A stretch of 64,000 bases of DNA from Spongospora subterranea f. sp. subterranea (taxonomy: Eukaryota). A program made the position numbers and the translations under genes. Shown piece after piece: positions 1 to 11,795 of the stretch. The notes under the pieces were generated by a model. The model was not told the DNA's origin. It did no database searches and worked only from the letters and a program-made list of their open reading frames with translations. How positions within the stretch are numbered: the first letter of the stretch is position 1; the number at the start of each line of letters is the position of its first letter. Location of the stretch: NCBI GenBank assembly GCA_049724395.1, contig JAUGWO010000139.1, forward strand, positions 62,001 through 126,000, read 5' to 3'.

Positions 1-1594
1 GCAATTGATATAGGAAGTTGCCCAGTATTGACAAGTTTCCCTTTCCCTATATGTGGAATACGGAACCTGTTTCCAGCTTCGTCGTCCATGCAAGAGAGCA
101 TCACGCTTTGTAATGTCAAGAAGGTATTGTTGAGCTTCTGAGGTTCCAACTTCTCGTACTTATCTGAAACAGCTGTTATTAGTTCATCCAAGTTTCTTGG
201 GGATTCGGTATGCTGTATAGACTGAATTGCGTTAAAAAATCCCAGGTCCAGAATGTTGAAATCTGGACTGTTTGGTGGTTGACACATCAGCCTAATATCA
301 TAACCATCTTCCTGCACGCAAAGTCGGAACTGCTCGTGATCAGGCTTGATATGCGGCCGAGCATTATCTTGCTGAACATAGATAGGAGCAGACCTTGAAA
401 ATTTCACTCGAATTGCAGGTAGAATTTTTGTCAACAGGGCGTCAACGTACTCTTTTGATTAATATCACAGGCTTCGTCACCGCTGTGCCCCTTTGTCGGT
501 TTATGCTCGACCGTTTTGCAGAGTCCGAAGTTACGAACGGCCAGACGCCAATTTTCCCGTCAAAACCGCAATTATTCTCGTCATCAAATCTTGGTCGAGC
601 AACTGCTGCCAGGAACATGATTTTTCCGATGAATTTCTTGCTCTTGCATGAACGATAGGTTCTTCTTCATCAGCCGTCAGATAAACTGTGGCGCGGTCGC
701 GAGCAAGATAAAACCATTTTTCATCAATATACACTATGTAAGCATTTCTCTGAATTCTGGTGAGGTAGAAATAGAAGAGGGCTCAAGCATCGAAATACAA
801 AAATTAATTCGAGCGATCTTCTTACATTCAGTGAGAAGAGGCTTTAACGAATTTGTATGACGCCGGATAATGCCTTTTTTATGTTGACGATGTAATGTAG
901 CGGCAGAAATACCCGTTGCTGCAGAAAAGTGTCTAAGGGTGTTCCTTTTGCTCAAAGGAACGGCAGCGACATCGGAAGAAATGTTCGGGTATTTTGGCTT
1001 ACGCCCGCAGTTCTTTTTCAGATGCGATACAACTGCTGCAGTGGCTCCTGCTGCCAATGAATCTTCTCCTCAATGCTAAATCCGGCTAATCGTGAACCAA
1101 GATATGTTGAGTTCGGCCCCGATAATAGCGATCACCCCCTTTTTGGGTTTTCCAGTGATATCCAACATCGTCAAAAGGTGGTACTGGTACACAGCTGTGC
1201 TTGCATGGTTGCTTAACACTGTTAACCGTTTCCGGGTGGTCTCCTCATCTGCAACTTGTCCATCGGCAGCAGAAAAAACGTTCAATTAATAATGAAAATA
1301 TGCAGTTCAAGAGTGAATACAGTGATAGAAGAAGATGGTGTTTAACAGGCAAGAAACGTAACAATCCTAACGACATGACCCTCATCATCACTCAAATTGC
1401 ACTACCCACCAGTCTCCAAACCAGTTTCAAACGCCGATATTCCATCAAAACACACAAAACGTTTCAACTTTTGGACAAGATCAAGTTGCGTCACAAGCTA
1501 GCAACCACAAAAAATTGGATTGCCAAACTTGAAAAATGAGCTTATTCCAAGCAAAAACTCCGTATCGATCGGTGATTTTGAAGCGGAGGTAGTA
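1..1594 (-). mobile_element. DD39D (plant/oomycete-type) mariner-like DNA transposon, frameshifted transposase, truncated by window start
   Basis: Minus-strand frames give YIDEKWFY, KIMFLAAVARPRFD..FDGKIGVWPFV, QQDNARPH and QPPNSPDFNILDLGFF, with 39 residues between the 2nd and 3rd Asp. Terminus GCGGAGGTAG+TA at 1583-1594 resembles the CTCCCTCCGT-type TIR with a TA target site. Several frameshifts. Confidence 0.9.
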
Positions 1595-1880
1595 TAACAG
1601 AACGAGATTTCAATCGATTCGCTGAATCGCTGTAATCAAATCAACAATGCTGATCAACAGTGACCGAAAAAGAAGACACTTTGTAATTACTTGCGCTGAG
1701 AAAAGTCCCGAATTATTTAGAGTTTAACAATCTCAAGAATTGAATATACACATGGGGTGTTCCCAGTATGCTTTTGCACAAAACGCCTTCTGCAGTGTAA
1801 TGATTGCATGAAATGTCCCTTTGAAAAAAGTCGGCAGCAACCATTACACTCTGGCATCGCAAGACAAAAAAAAAACAGTT

Positions 1881-1954
1881 AGCCCATTGCGAGACTCGAA
1901 CTCGCAGCCTTGAGATTAAAAGTCCCACGCTCTAACCAATTGAGCTAAACGGGC
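1881..1954 (-). tRNA. tRNA-Lys (anticodon UUU)
   Basis: Reverse complement GCCCGTTTAGCTCAATTGGTTAGAGCGTGGGA-CTTTTAA-TCTCAAGGCTGCGAGTTCGAGTCTCGCAATGGGCT folds as a cloverleaf with A and B boxes. A Pol III T-run terminator follows (A10 at 1866-1875 on +). Confidence 0.95.
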
Positions 1955-2994
1955 TTAACTTGGTTACTCAGCATTGTGCCTGATTGATAACCATTTCTAA
2001 ACGTTATGGTCATGGTGTTGTTGCTGTGGGTTTTTCTTTAGTTTTGCCTGACTTAATCGCACCAACTATTATAATTCATGTTGTCATACTCGTCGTGGCT
2101 GTTGCCGTCCGTAGATGGATTGATTTAGGTTGACGTGTCTTGTTCCCGTCACCGCCGAGCTTAATTAAGTTCTTCTAAGGGAAAGATGACGGGTTGGTCA
2201 TCTTCCCACATCCATCAAAGACGGTTCTTATTTCACTGATATTATAAGTCCATATCCTGTTCTGGCATTATATCCAACGCTGCGTATATAATCACCTTCA
2301 TCAATATTTATACCCTTTTCTTACGAGTCTATTTCCTTCGATATAAATTTGACGCTCTGTCAGCATCAAAGTAGTTTGCTGGACAAATCATTCATCGTTT
2401 AAAGACACTCCGGAAGAGATAAGAGAAAATAAGAGAGTGTATAAGAGAGAATCTTTTTTTCATGATAAAAAGCCAGTCACAATTGCCAACCAATTAGCAT
2501 CGCATGTTATGCAGAATGCGTTGGAATCAACTCTATCGCCGAGAAGGGTTTTCAAAATCACCATACTGGAATGCTCAAATTCTCGAAACATTTCAATGCA
2601 TCTGCGTTTTCGTCATCAGGGTACGTTGCAGCGTGGTTTTTATCTTCTGAGCCGGTCGTTCATGAAATTCCTCCCACATGCTCTGGTTCATTGATATCCC
2701 TTGTCAATGCCCGCCCAATCAAACATTTGCTGAAGATTATGAAATACTGACGCGTTGCAAGATATCCTCCCTCCTTAGCGTTTTTGGTGGCCATTGGTAT
2801 ATACCCACTGTGAAAAAACTCATCAGTTGGTGATTCGTTCGCAATATTGGTTGTAGCTATGCATTTTCCAGATAACAACTTCCAAATCGCACCGATTCGC
2901 GAAAAACTGTCTGACGAACCTCTTCTTTCGTGACAATATTCAACCGTCGTTGTTCCTGGTCGCGTAGACCAACGATATCCACAACAGCGTTTGA

Positions 2995-3145
2995 TCACAG
3001 GCAACAGACACAGTATTCATCGTCCCGTAATTTTATAAGACGTTGAGCAATTAGTAAGCGGTGCATGGAACAGGTTCGTGATCGCCGGGACACCTGGAAT
3101 CGGCAGCACTCTGTTTCGAGCATTGTGCCTGCATCGTCTGTTCAT
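2995..3145 (+). pseudogene. degenerate P-loop fragment resembling Crinkler/RHS-type NTPase
   Basis: Translates as RFVIAGTPGIGSTLFRALCLHRL, preceded by a TVFI..FYK-like segment with stops. The Walker A Lys is lost. Confidence 0.35.
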
Positions 3146-3261
3146 TTCGAGTTATCATTCGAAGTATCGAACTTGTGAAGTAAACATTCTACAGTAAATA
3201 ATCTGGGTTAAATGACTCCCGTTTCAGATTTTACTTATCACTATGTATATATTCTATTAAA

Positions 3262-5939
3262 CTATAAGATTGTACAGCAATTATGAGATAATTTTCCAGG
3301 TACTCCACTGTGTATCTCGAATGGAGTCCATTTCGAACCTTCATTCTCGTTTTCCTCGATCAGTACCCTGACTAACTCTTCTTGCACTACCCGATCATTC
3401 ACATACTTGAACTGGGCGAATAACTTATGGTCTTTATGATCTAGTGGCACTTTCTTGTACCTGATACGAAACAATTTATTATTCACCATTCAAACGGGTA
3501 TGATGGTTTAAGTACCTTTGTTTATTCACCTCACCAACCTCTTGAACAGAACACGCGTGTACGTTCGTCCCTGGGACAAACGATGGCGTCACCGATTTCG
3601 AGGCAACCGCAACCCAGTCGACGTCTTTGAAAAAGTCATGGGCTTTGATGTCTTGCGATCCATGATATCCAAGCCTGCTTGACGGAACAGGCCTCAACAT
3701 CTGATCGGTCCAAAGAATTAGATGGCACTAGGAAACCGCTGAGGGATTTGCACCTGTTGTATAAGGTCTTTCGCTTCTGATGAGAAATAATTCTCCGAAA
3801 AGTCGATGCTCAGTTTCAACACGCCATCGTTCTTAGCATTGTCTTCGTGTTCCCTTGAGTCGATAAACGGGCACCATTCGCTGGTACCTTTAACGCATCG
3901 GCATGCAGGCCTCTGTTTCGATTGAAGCCCGTCAGCAAATAGAATCAATAATGGATATACACTCAGAGACCATGCCACAGATCGCCTCGTAAAGAAAAAC
4001 GGCGAAGCTCCACCAATCAACCCATTGAGCATATGGTTGCCTTGCCAATACCTGGCTCACTATCAGGTTCGGTATATATTGGCGACCGGTAAAATTTACC
4101 TCAGGCGCCCAGTATCCTGGCGTCCCACCGAGACTCGAGGTGCTCGGTTTCCTATCAGAGAACTTCTTGGCCAATCCAAGATCTGATATTTGAACATGAC
4201 CTAATCGACACAGGTTATTCGGATCAAAGCCTGCGACTGAGATTTCAAATCGACCTTGCATATCGAGCAATATATTAGCTGGTTTTAGATCCCTGAACAC
4301 GATCCTGTGTTCATGCATATGCTCAAGACCAAGAATTATCTCGGCCGCATAAATCAGCAGCAGATCTGGGGCCAATGGTTTCTTCTTTCTTCTTCGGACG
4401 GTTGTCGATTGGTGAGTGGAGTTTGTTGCAACTGTTGGAGCGACCGCTGCTCCTCCACATTCACCAGCTGCTTCGACATTCCCAAGTGACGCTTTCCTCT
4501 TCATGTGATATGAAAGATCGCCACCTGAGATTTGTAATCATTCAAATTGTGACAAGTGATTAGGCCTGAATTCAAAGGAACTCACCTGAACAGAAATCCA
4601 GAACTAACACAAGGCTTTCTGATGTTTGCAGACAATAGCGAAGCCCAGTTATGAAGGGGGAGTTCAACTCGGATAATATCTTGACTTCGTTCAACGCGAC
4701 ATCAATAGCTCTTTGTTGCTTTAGGTGTCGCTTATTCATCTCCTTCCAGGCGTATACTCGATGGGTATTCACCTGCAGCGATGCTTAACTTTCAAACGCT
4801 ATTACAATTTTTCGATGTGGAAACCACCTTCTCGACTGCATAAACAGCTCCATATGCTCCTCTACCCATTACTCGAAATGTGGTGAAGTCATCGACGGTT
4901 ACTGGACGAAGAGCGAACTCCTTAAGTTGAATAAACCTGTGGGGATTTTGTTCTTGAAAAACTACAAGATGGCAGCAGTCGCAAACCAAACCTTTTGAAG
5001 TCTACGCTTTCCAAAAACGCAAAGAAGAAGGATAGCTCCAACGCCTCTAGGACCCTTTTCGACAAAAACGCAAACGGCTCAGAGCTGTTAGCGGCTCGAT
5101 TGGCAATAGAAGTTTCCAGATCGCTGTCGTCGCATTCAAACTTGAACTGGACTCCATAAGAAGATCCGGCCGTCATGGAAGATCGAGGCTAAATGGATAT
5201 ATGCTCAATGGAAATCTCGCGGTGTTGGTTGGTGAACATCATTACTTTATGCCGATTATAGGACGTTGCAGACAAACCGGCAGGACCTTTGGCACGAACT
5301 GCAGACGAATCAAATTGCGAATCAGCTGAAAACTTTTGATTAGTTCTCTTTTGATCAACATAAGATTTTGAAAATTGCCTTTTTGCGTCTTATGAGTGGA
5401 TTTCATTGCTTTTACAGAAGCATCCAGCGATGACGACAGCGGTTCTTTTTTCTGTAAATACGTCTTTACGATCTGATCAAAATCCAAGCGAACGGATCGC
5501 TGGGAGAATACGACCGTAGGATGCGCTTGCTGCAAGAAATGAAGCCATCTGATGGCGTCGCTCTGTCAGCACCACAAAAAAATTACAGACTGCAGAGGAA
5601 CGCTAGTGAGATGGCCACCTCTTTCTGTTTCTGCAGAAACAGATCGAACATATAGAGTCCACACGGCTCCGACAATATATCCAAAAAATGGAAATTGGAA
5701 GGTGACGACACATCTGAAACCTTACGCTTCGGGTCGTTGAACGCATCCATATTGGCGGCAATTGCAAACTGGGATTTAGGGGACGTTGTGGTAGCTACAC
5801 CATATCGCGCCGCCAAGCGAATACATTGCTCAGAATCGGTCGGCAGAAGTCGCCAGAAGAACCGGCGATCGTCCCGTCTGGCGAGGGATCTAACCAGTTT
5901 GGCGTTGGCGAATTCCGTCTCTAAGGCATCGAATGCCAT
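3262..5939 (-). CDS. G protein-coupled receptor kinase-like protein (RGS-homology + AGC kinase, C-terminal CaaX), multi-exon
   Basis: N-terminus [33 protein letters not shown] (RH-like); [78 protein letters not shown] tail [17 protein letters not shown]; ends CCTIL*. Canonical short introns. Confidence 0.85.
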
Positions 5940-7765
5940 AGGCAGAAGGGGAAGTTGACGACGCCAACAAGGGAAAGCGAGTCAGAGATGAAGCAATCAC
6001 TCCCCTATTCTGACGGGATATGGGCGATCGTATAACGGGTACCTTCTCCTACAACAAGGGGCAAATCACTTGTCAGGCCGGTTTCGAGGCGACGCTGATC
6101 CTGTCGAAAACAGACCGGACCTGTTCGTCTGGGCGGGAACGCCAGGACAATTCACGAGAGATATATATATGTGTTGACGGGCGATGAAGTTTGAGGTCTT
6201 CCTGGTCCCGTGGTGATCTTGACGAGGGCCTCGTTTGAGTATCGGCTGCCCACGCCAGGATACCCTTTGGAACGAGGGCAACTGGTCACAGATCACCAAT
6301 TTAGATTAACCGCATACTCAGGCCACCGCCCCCCTCCACCCGACCCGCTCGCCTTCTAGATTCATATCTATTCCATGACACTGCAATCCACCGGAATCGT
6401 CATATCGCACAGTGCAGCCTCAACCCAATCCTAGCCAGCCCGCTCCCGACAGTGGCGTTTTCTCGAGATTTCCTTAGGTTCTAGGCCAATCGACTCTCAG
6501 GTATGAATAAAACACGATCCAAGCGGTACTGCCGGACTTCCACCAGCTATACAGGGAATGAAAAGGCAAAAACCATTCGCTGTGATTAATGCGGCGTGTG
6601 GAAATAACTACACCTGCTATACACGTGTGTAAAGTCGAGTTGACAAATACAGACTCCAATGGCGCATAACTGGTCTCAATTATTACTGTGTATCACAATC
6701 ACAACGGGGAAACGCACCTTGTGTATACTGTGGCAGTTTAGGCCCAAGAACTGCCTGTGGAGTTAGGATGGCGTCATGTGTGCTGTTGGCAACACCGCTC
6801 GCCAGGACGGGGACCGACACATGGTGCCGGCTGTATCGGGGAGCCGATCAGCATCCAGAAGGGTTGCAGCCGTCGAATCTGAACCAGCATCGCGTCGTCT
6901 GATCAGCCCAGGTCCCAAGGTATAACCCACGTCCAATTAGGACAACAAATTCTGTTATTTTTGTGGGAAAAGATCTCCTGCTGTTGAACGAGCCATAGCA
7001 TTTTTGAAGACAACCAGAAACTTATGGCGAATTTGGACGCAGCGAACACTTGCGTTTGGAAAAAAAAATCAAGAACGGGCCGTCGGCTTATGACCGAATT
7101 CAAACGAATTTCAAATGGGAACCAATGACCAGAGTTCGTCACACAGCGTTCATTCGTTTCTTGGATTCTGCGATTGCCGTTAAACACAGTCTAGTTGCCC
7201 ATTCGACAAAGAAATTAGTGAGCAACTGCACCTGTCAGAAATCGTGACGAAATGTTTGCTCATTGCATTTTTTGTTGTAGAACCAGTAAGTTGAGATTAA
7301 GATCACGAACGGTATCAGTTGGTTTAAGCCTTCTGGCCGTCTGGATATTCAGAGAAGTAGATTCTATTCTCGACAACTTCATCGTGCCCGTGCTTCGCAT
7401 GTAATACCGACAGTTTTCGTTGGTTTTCTGTCCATGAGCCCTCTCCACATAAGGAAATCTGATCGAAGCAAAAATAAAAATCGCCTATTAAACTTAACCC
7501 AACCCTTAACTGCATTTACCTTTTGCGCCCTGTTTGGAATTACCTCGCTGCAGAAATCCTGTGCAAATACGTTCAAGCTGCTCGTTTCCGAATGTTCCGT
7601 TTTCAATGAGATATTTTCCATATGCTTAGTTCATTGCATGGGGACAATATCTAACCGAATTTACATGCAAAACGTAGATTGTAATTGACTAACGCGGCCG
7701 GCCCAACATCTGTCTTTCGGGGATGCGGTCTTGGCGGATAAACGCTATCAAAACTATCGAATTTT

Positions 7766-9178
7766 GAAGGCCTGTCAGATACGGTTGTCCACCACTCCGA
7801 TAAAATTTTCCAGCCATCGACCGCCATTTGGTGGCGTTTAGGATCTGTGGAAACTGCTGAATATGTTTTTCAGCGGCCAGATTTGAAGCGCATATAAAGC
7901 TGGGAGCGATTCGGGAGCGTCGCCGTCCTGGGAGGTCGCAGCTGCAACAACGTGATTGCCGCCGCTTCACATCCCTTGTTTCCCTACTCGAAAATATTCC
8001 TCTGTTTGGGCGTTCTCATTTACGTTGACAGCAAGCCTAACGATAAGACGTTGTTGTGGAACGAACAACTATGAACAATGGCGGATCCAATCTCAGAACT
8101 CTGTTTGACTCATTTTCGAAATGTATTTTCCGATATCAGATGCGCTGATAGATAATAGAATCCATATCATCAAACTCTTTGTTCGCTCGGCATCGTGAAT
8201 AAGTCACCGTTGCGGCAGCCAGGACAAGTAAGGTCATCGCCACACCCAAATTGAACGATAGAATCATTGCATCTATTTCAAATGTCAGAATTCAGGATAT
8301 ATATTTGCTTCCCATTATGCTGAGGGTGTTGTGAAATCTGTCCTGGCAACCAATGTAATACCCACCGCATTTGAAATTCATTGCCATAAACACGACAAAC
8401 AATAAATTGGTGGGTGCCGTTAGTGCAAGGGCAGATTCCATGACGTCAGCAGCACTATAGGAAGCTAGGCAGTTGTCAAACACATCCTTACAATTATTTG
8501 AAACCTCGTGATGGCCTTGATTACGCGTCGTCTTGCTGGCAACCCCATCACTGATCGTGTTGTGTCTCCTCATATCCGGGGTCGTTATCTTGTATTGATG
8601 TGGCGTTTTGGGATCCTGAGTGTCGTAGTCACCTAGGAAGAAGGGCATCGTGGGCGGCATCAGACTCTATTCCAATGTCAATATCCGAATTGATCAACAA
8701 AGATAAAGACTAATGATCACCTTCTTGCATTGGTCTGACACCTCTTGTTTGTGTTGCCAAATACACATTAACAGCTCGTGATGTGTCTTAATATCAGGAC
8801 AAAATTTCATGGCGTCATGGGCGCATTTGAATAAGGGCCGCGTTTCAATCGCGTGTTTGCACTTTTCTGATAGGTCTTGATCATGATCGCTCAGACAAGA
8901 CATAACTTTGGCTAAACCATGCACATTTCTGCAAAGTTTGTCGCGATCCTTAGCGCACGCGCTGAAGTGGCCCATCGTATCAAATCCGGACGCCGATATG
9001 GCACCGATCAACGCCGTTACCAGCAAGAGAGGGAAAAGTTTGGACATTGAACACGATGTGTTGATAAGCGATCAACTATGAAGTTGTTTTCGGGAAAAGC
9101 GGTCCGATTATAGTGGAGTATGAGCGGGGAACTCATTCTCCGACTCAAACCACCGACCGAATAAAACATCCGCTTCTG
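7766..9178. repeat. copy 1 of ~1.4 kb direct segmental duplication
   Basis: Aligns with 11796-13159. The gene-containing part is near-identical; copy 2 lacks ~55 bp near its left end. Confidence 0.95.
8136..9047 (-). CDS. secreted/type-I membrane protein with two Cys-rich (GLG1/Cys_rich_FGFR-like) repeats
   Basis: Signal peptide MSKLFPLLLVTALIGAISA; repeats CAKDRDKLC..VMSCL..LSEKC and CAHDAMKFC..LLMCI..VSDQC; a likely last exon with a TM helix (MILSFNLGVAMTLLVLAAATVTY) and short tail. Splicing of the 3' exons is uncertain. Confidence 0.7.
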
Positions 9179-9514
9179 GAACAGACCTCTCGTCCGATCT
9201 GAAGTTACGTGTTAAGCAATGGACCACAAGTTCCGCGCATGCGCTAAGGATCGGTACAAACTACGCTGAGAGGTGCATGGGCTAGCGAAAGTGATGTCTT
9301 GTTTCATCGATTTGGATTGAATCCGACCCAAGCCGGTACTGCCGGACTTCCCGCAACTATACATGGATTTGAAAAATCAAAACCCATTCGTCGTGATCAA
9401 TGCAGCTGCACTTAACAAATAAGCACAATCATGTTTGGGCGCGTGAGGTTTCCTCTCAAATAACGGATGCCATGATTTGGTTTCATCGCTAGTTTTCATC
9501 ACATATCCGAAATC

Positions 9515-10774
9515 ATGCCTACCAAGACACAACGATCCCGGTATCTAAAAAATTGGCTATTCTAGAGGCAATTGAACACAGAGACAATTTGACTAAAAGC
9601 TGCATTTGTAACACCTTCCAGGTGCCAAGTCACCCGCTGGGCTGAAATCAAAGATCGCTTGGTGGCACTGGCAAAAATTAACACGAATACGAAGTCGGTG
9701 TGCGCAGGGCGAAAGTCAATTTAGAACGAAATCAAAAGAGGACGTTTTGATGTGGATATTCGAAAAACGGGAATGTAGCATTGGTATTCTGATTTACATA
9801 GCCGTGGATGCGTCGGATTATTGATAAATTTACATGATTGTCGGCACAAATCATAGATGTCTACATTCAGTCCATTAGTCCTGTTTTTCGTCGCAAGACA
9901 CATAGGGCCAGGGATTGCGCCATTCGTCGGTTCCTAAATTCTCACCGTTTTGTAATCCGCTGCGGAACTCATGCAGTACAACAAAATCCTGCCATCATTC
10001 GCGGCGTGGCATTCGATTTTATCGAAGCGATGAAAGCCCAAAATCGAACGACTTTATTCCAACCAGGCGTTGATATTGACATGGATCAAACTCCAACATT
10101 CTTTTCGATGGAGCCTCGAACCACCATTCCCCAGATTGGCGCCAAAACCATTAACATTCGTAGCTCGTCCTCATCAGCGTTGCGGGCTACCGTCGCTGTG
10201 GCTTTAACCGCCGATGGTCAAATGCTTTACACCACATTTGGTCTTCAAAGGAAAACCTACTGGTCGAATTGCAAAAACGTTTCCCTCTTTCCCTGCCGGC
10301 GCTGTCTATTTATGCCAAGAAGACGCTTGGATGGATGAATCGGTTATGCTCAATTGGGTTGATAAAGTATAGTGCCGGTTGAAAATCATCCAAACATATA
10401 TAATTGCTCTGCAGCCGTTCATCTGCAGTCAGGGCAGGAAAATCGAAACCGTGTGCTGCTCCTGGATTCCTATCGCTGCCACATGATGGCCAGTGTTGTG
10501 AACCGTATCCAAGATTTGGGCATTGCAGTCGAACACATTCCTGGTGGGTGTACAGGTTTGGTGCAGCCAGTCGACGTCGGAATTGGAAAACCTTTGAAAA
10601 CCAGCGTGAGTTTTTTTGGAATCAATGAATGGTTACATTAGGAGCAAATGATGCATTTCAACCGCCGTCCCGCGAGTTAATGGATTCGTGGATCATCGAC
10701 TCGATCAATGATTTGCCGAGACAACTGCTCCGCAATTCGTGGCGCCATCACGAGTTTGGATATTTTTCAGCTGA
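9515..10774 (+). mobile_element. degenerate pogo-like (CENP-B HTH + DDE_1) transposase
   Basis: MDQTPTFFSM, RATVAVALTADG, P(F/L)LVFKGK-like segment, QEDAWMDE, VLLLDSYRCH..IPGGCTGLVQPVDVGIGKPLK. Many frameshifts. Confidence 0.9.
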
Positions 10775-11379
10775 TATATGACAAGATACAAATTTTTGGT
10801 TATTTTATTGTAGCAGAATGGTTCGATACATGCCCTCGTTTCTATGAGAACGTTTTACGTCTGTTTTATATTCAGATTCCGCAGCATCTCCACGATTTCT
10901 ACCAAGTTGGCGCAAATCGTGGAGATGCTGGCGGAGTCTGAATATAAAGCAGACGTAAAACGTTCTCATAGAAACGAGGGCATGTATCGAACCATTCTGC
11001 TACAATAGAATAACAAAAAATTGATATATTTTCATGCATCAGCTGGAAAATATCCAAACTCGTGTTGGCGCCACGAATTGTGGAGCAGTTGTCTCGGCAA
11101 ATCATTGATCGAGTTGATGATTCCACGAAGCCATTAACTCGCGGGACGGCGGTTGAAATGCATCATTTGCTCCAAATGTAACCATCCATTGATTGCAAAA
11201 AAATTTCACCCTGGTTTTCAAAGGTTTTCCAATTCCGACGTCGACTGGCTGCACCAAACCTGTACACCCACCAGGAATGTGTTCGACTGCAATGCCCAAA
11301 TCTTGGATACGGTTCACAACACTGGCCATCATGTGGCAGCGATAGGAATCCAGGAGCAGCACACGGTTTCGATTTTCCT
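10436..11379. repeat. ~940 bp fold-back palindrome made of the pogo 3' end
   Basis: 10436-10905 is the reverse complement of 10907-11379, with apex CCAA-G-TTGG at 10906. The outer 169 bp are identical; the inner part has scattered substitutions and indels. Confidence 0.97.
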
Positions 11380-11795
11380 TACCTAATGTTATACCTATTT
11401 CTGAGCCTCAATATTATCTGCTTAAGCCCACCATTCGTAATTGTATTCGGGCGGATTCGGACAACGGCATTGATGTGAAGTGCTGCGTCACAAATGGCAT
11501 GGTCTTCACAAGAACGGCCGCAATTCCCAACACAATTTCCACGGCAACGCCCTCCGGATGGTGCCTTGACCCGTCACGATTAACCATACCGACGGAAATA
11601 CACGAGCAAAATATGGCAATGTATGGTTGGCCTCGGCTTGGATGGAGAACCAATGAGGCATGACTGCATGAGCTACATAAATACCTCAGGACTTGTCAAT
11701 GAAACCAACGCTCCTATCCATATTGTAAACCTTCAACCTCGATTTCCTTGGAATCACGGAAGTTCAATATAACTTGCACCACCCCGGAGAATACC

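Noticed and set aside
6903..7621. Possible multi-exon gene on the minus strand
   Set aside because: I could not assemble a consistent model or recognise a motif.
8270..8325. Non-canonical (GC or GG) splice donor in the Cys-repeat gene
   Set aside because: Several exon models fit. Introns checked in conserved genes are GT-AG, so no unusual splicing system is supported.
10436..11379. Whole-genome-amplification fold-back chimera as the explanation for the palindromes
   Set aside because: The arms differ by many substitutions and indels, which a fresh chimera would not show. Native long-read confirmation is still needed.
11414..11760. Cys-rich peptide CRGNCVGNCGRSCEDHAIC on the minus strand
   Set aside because: Embedded among stops with no clear gene model.
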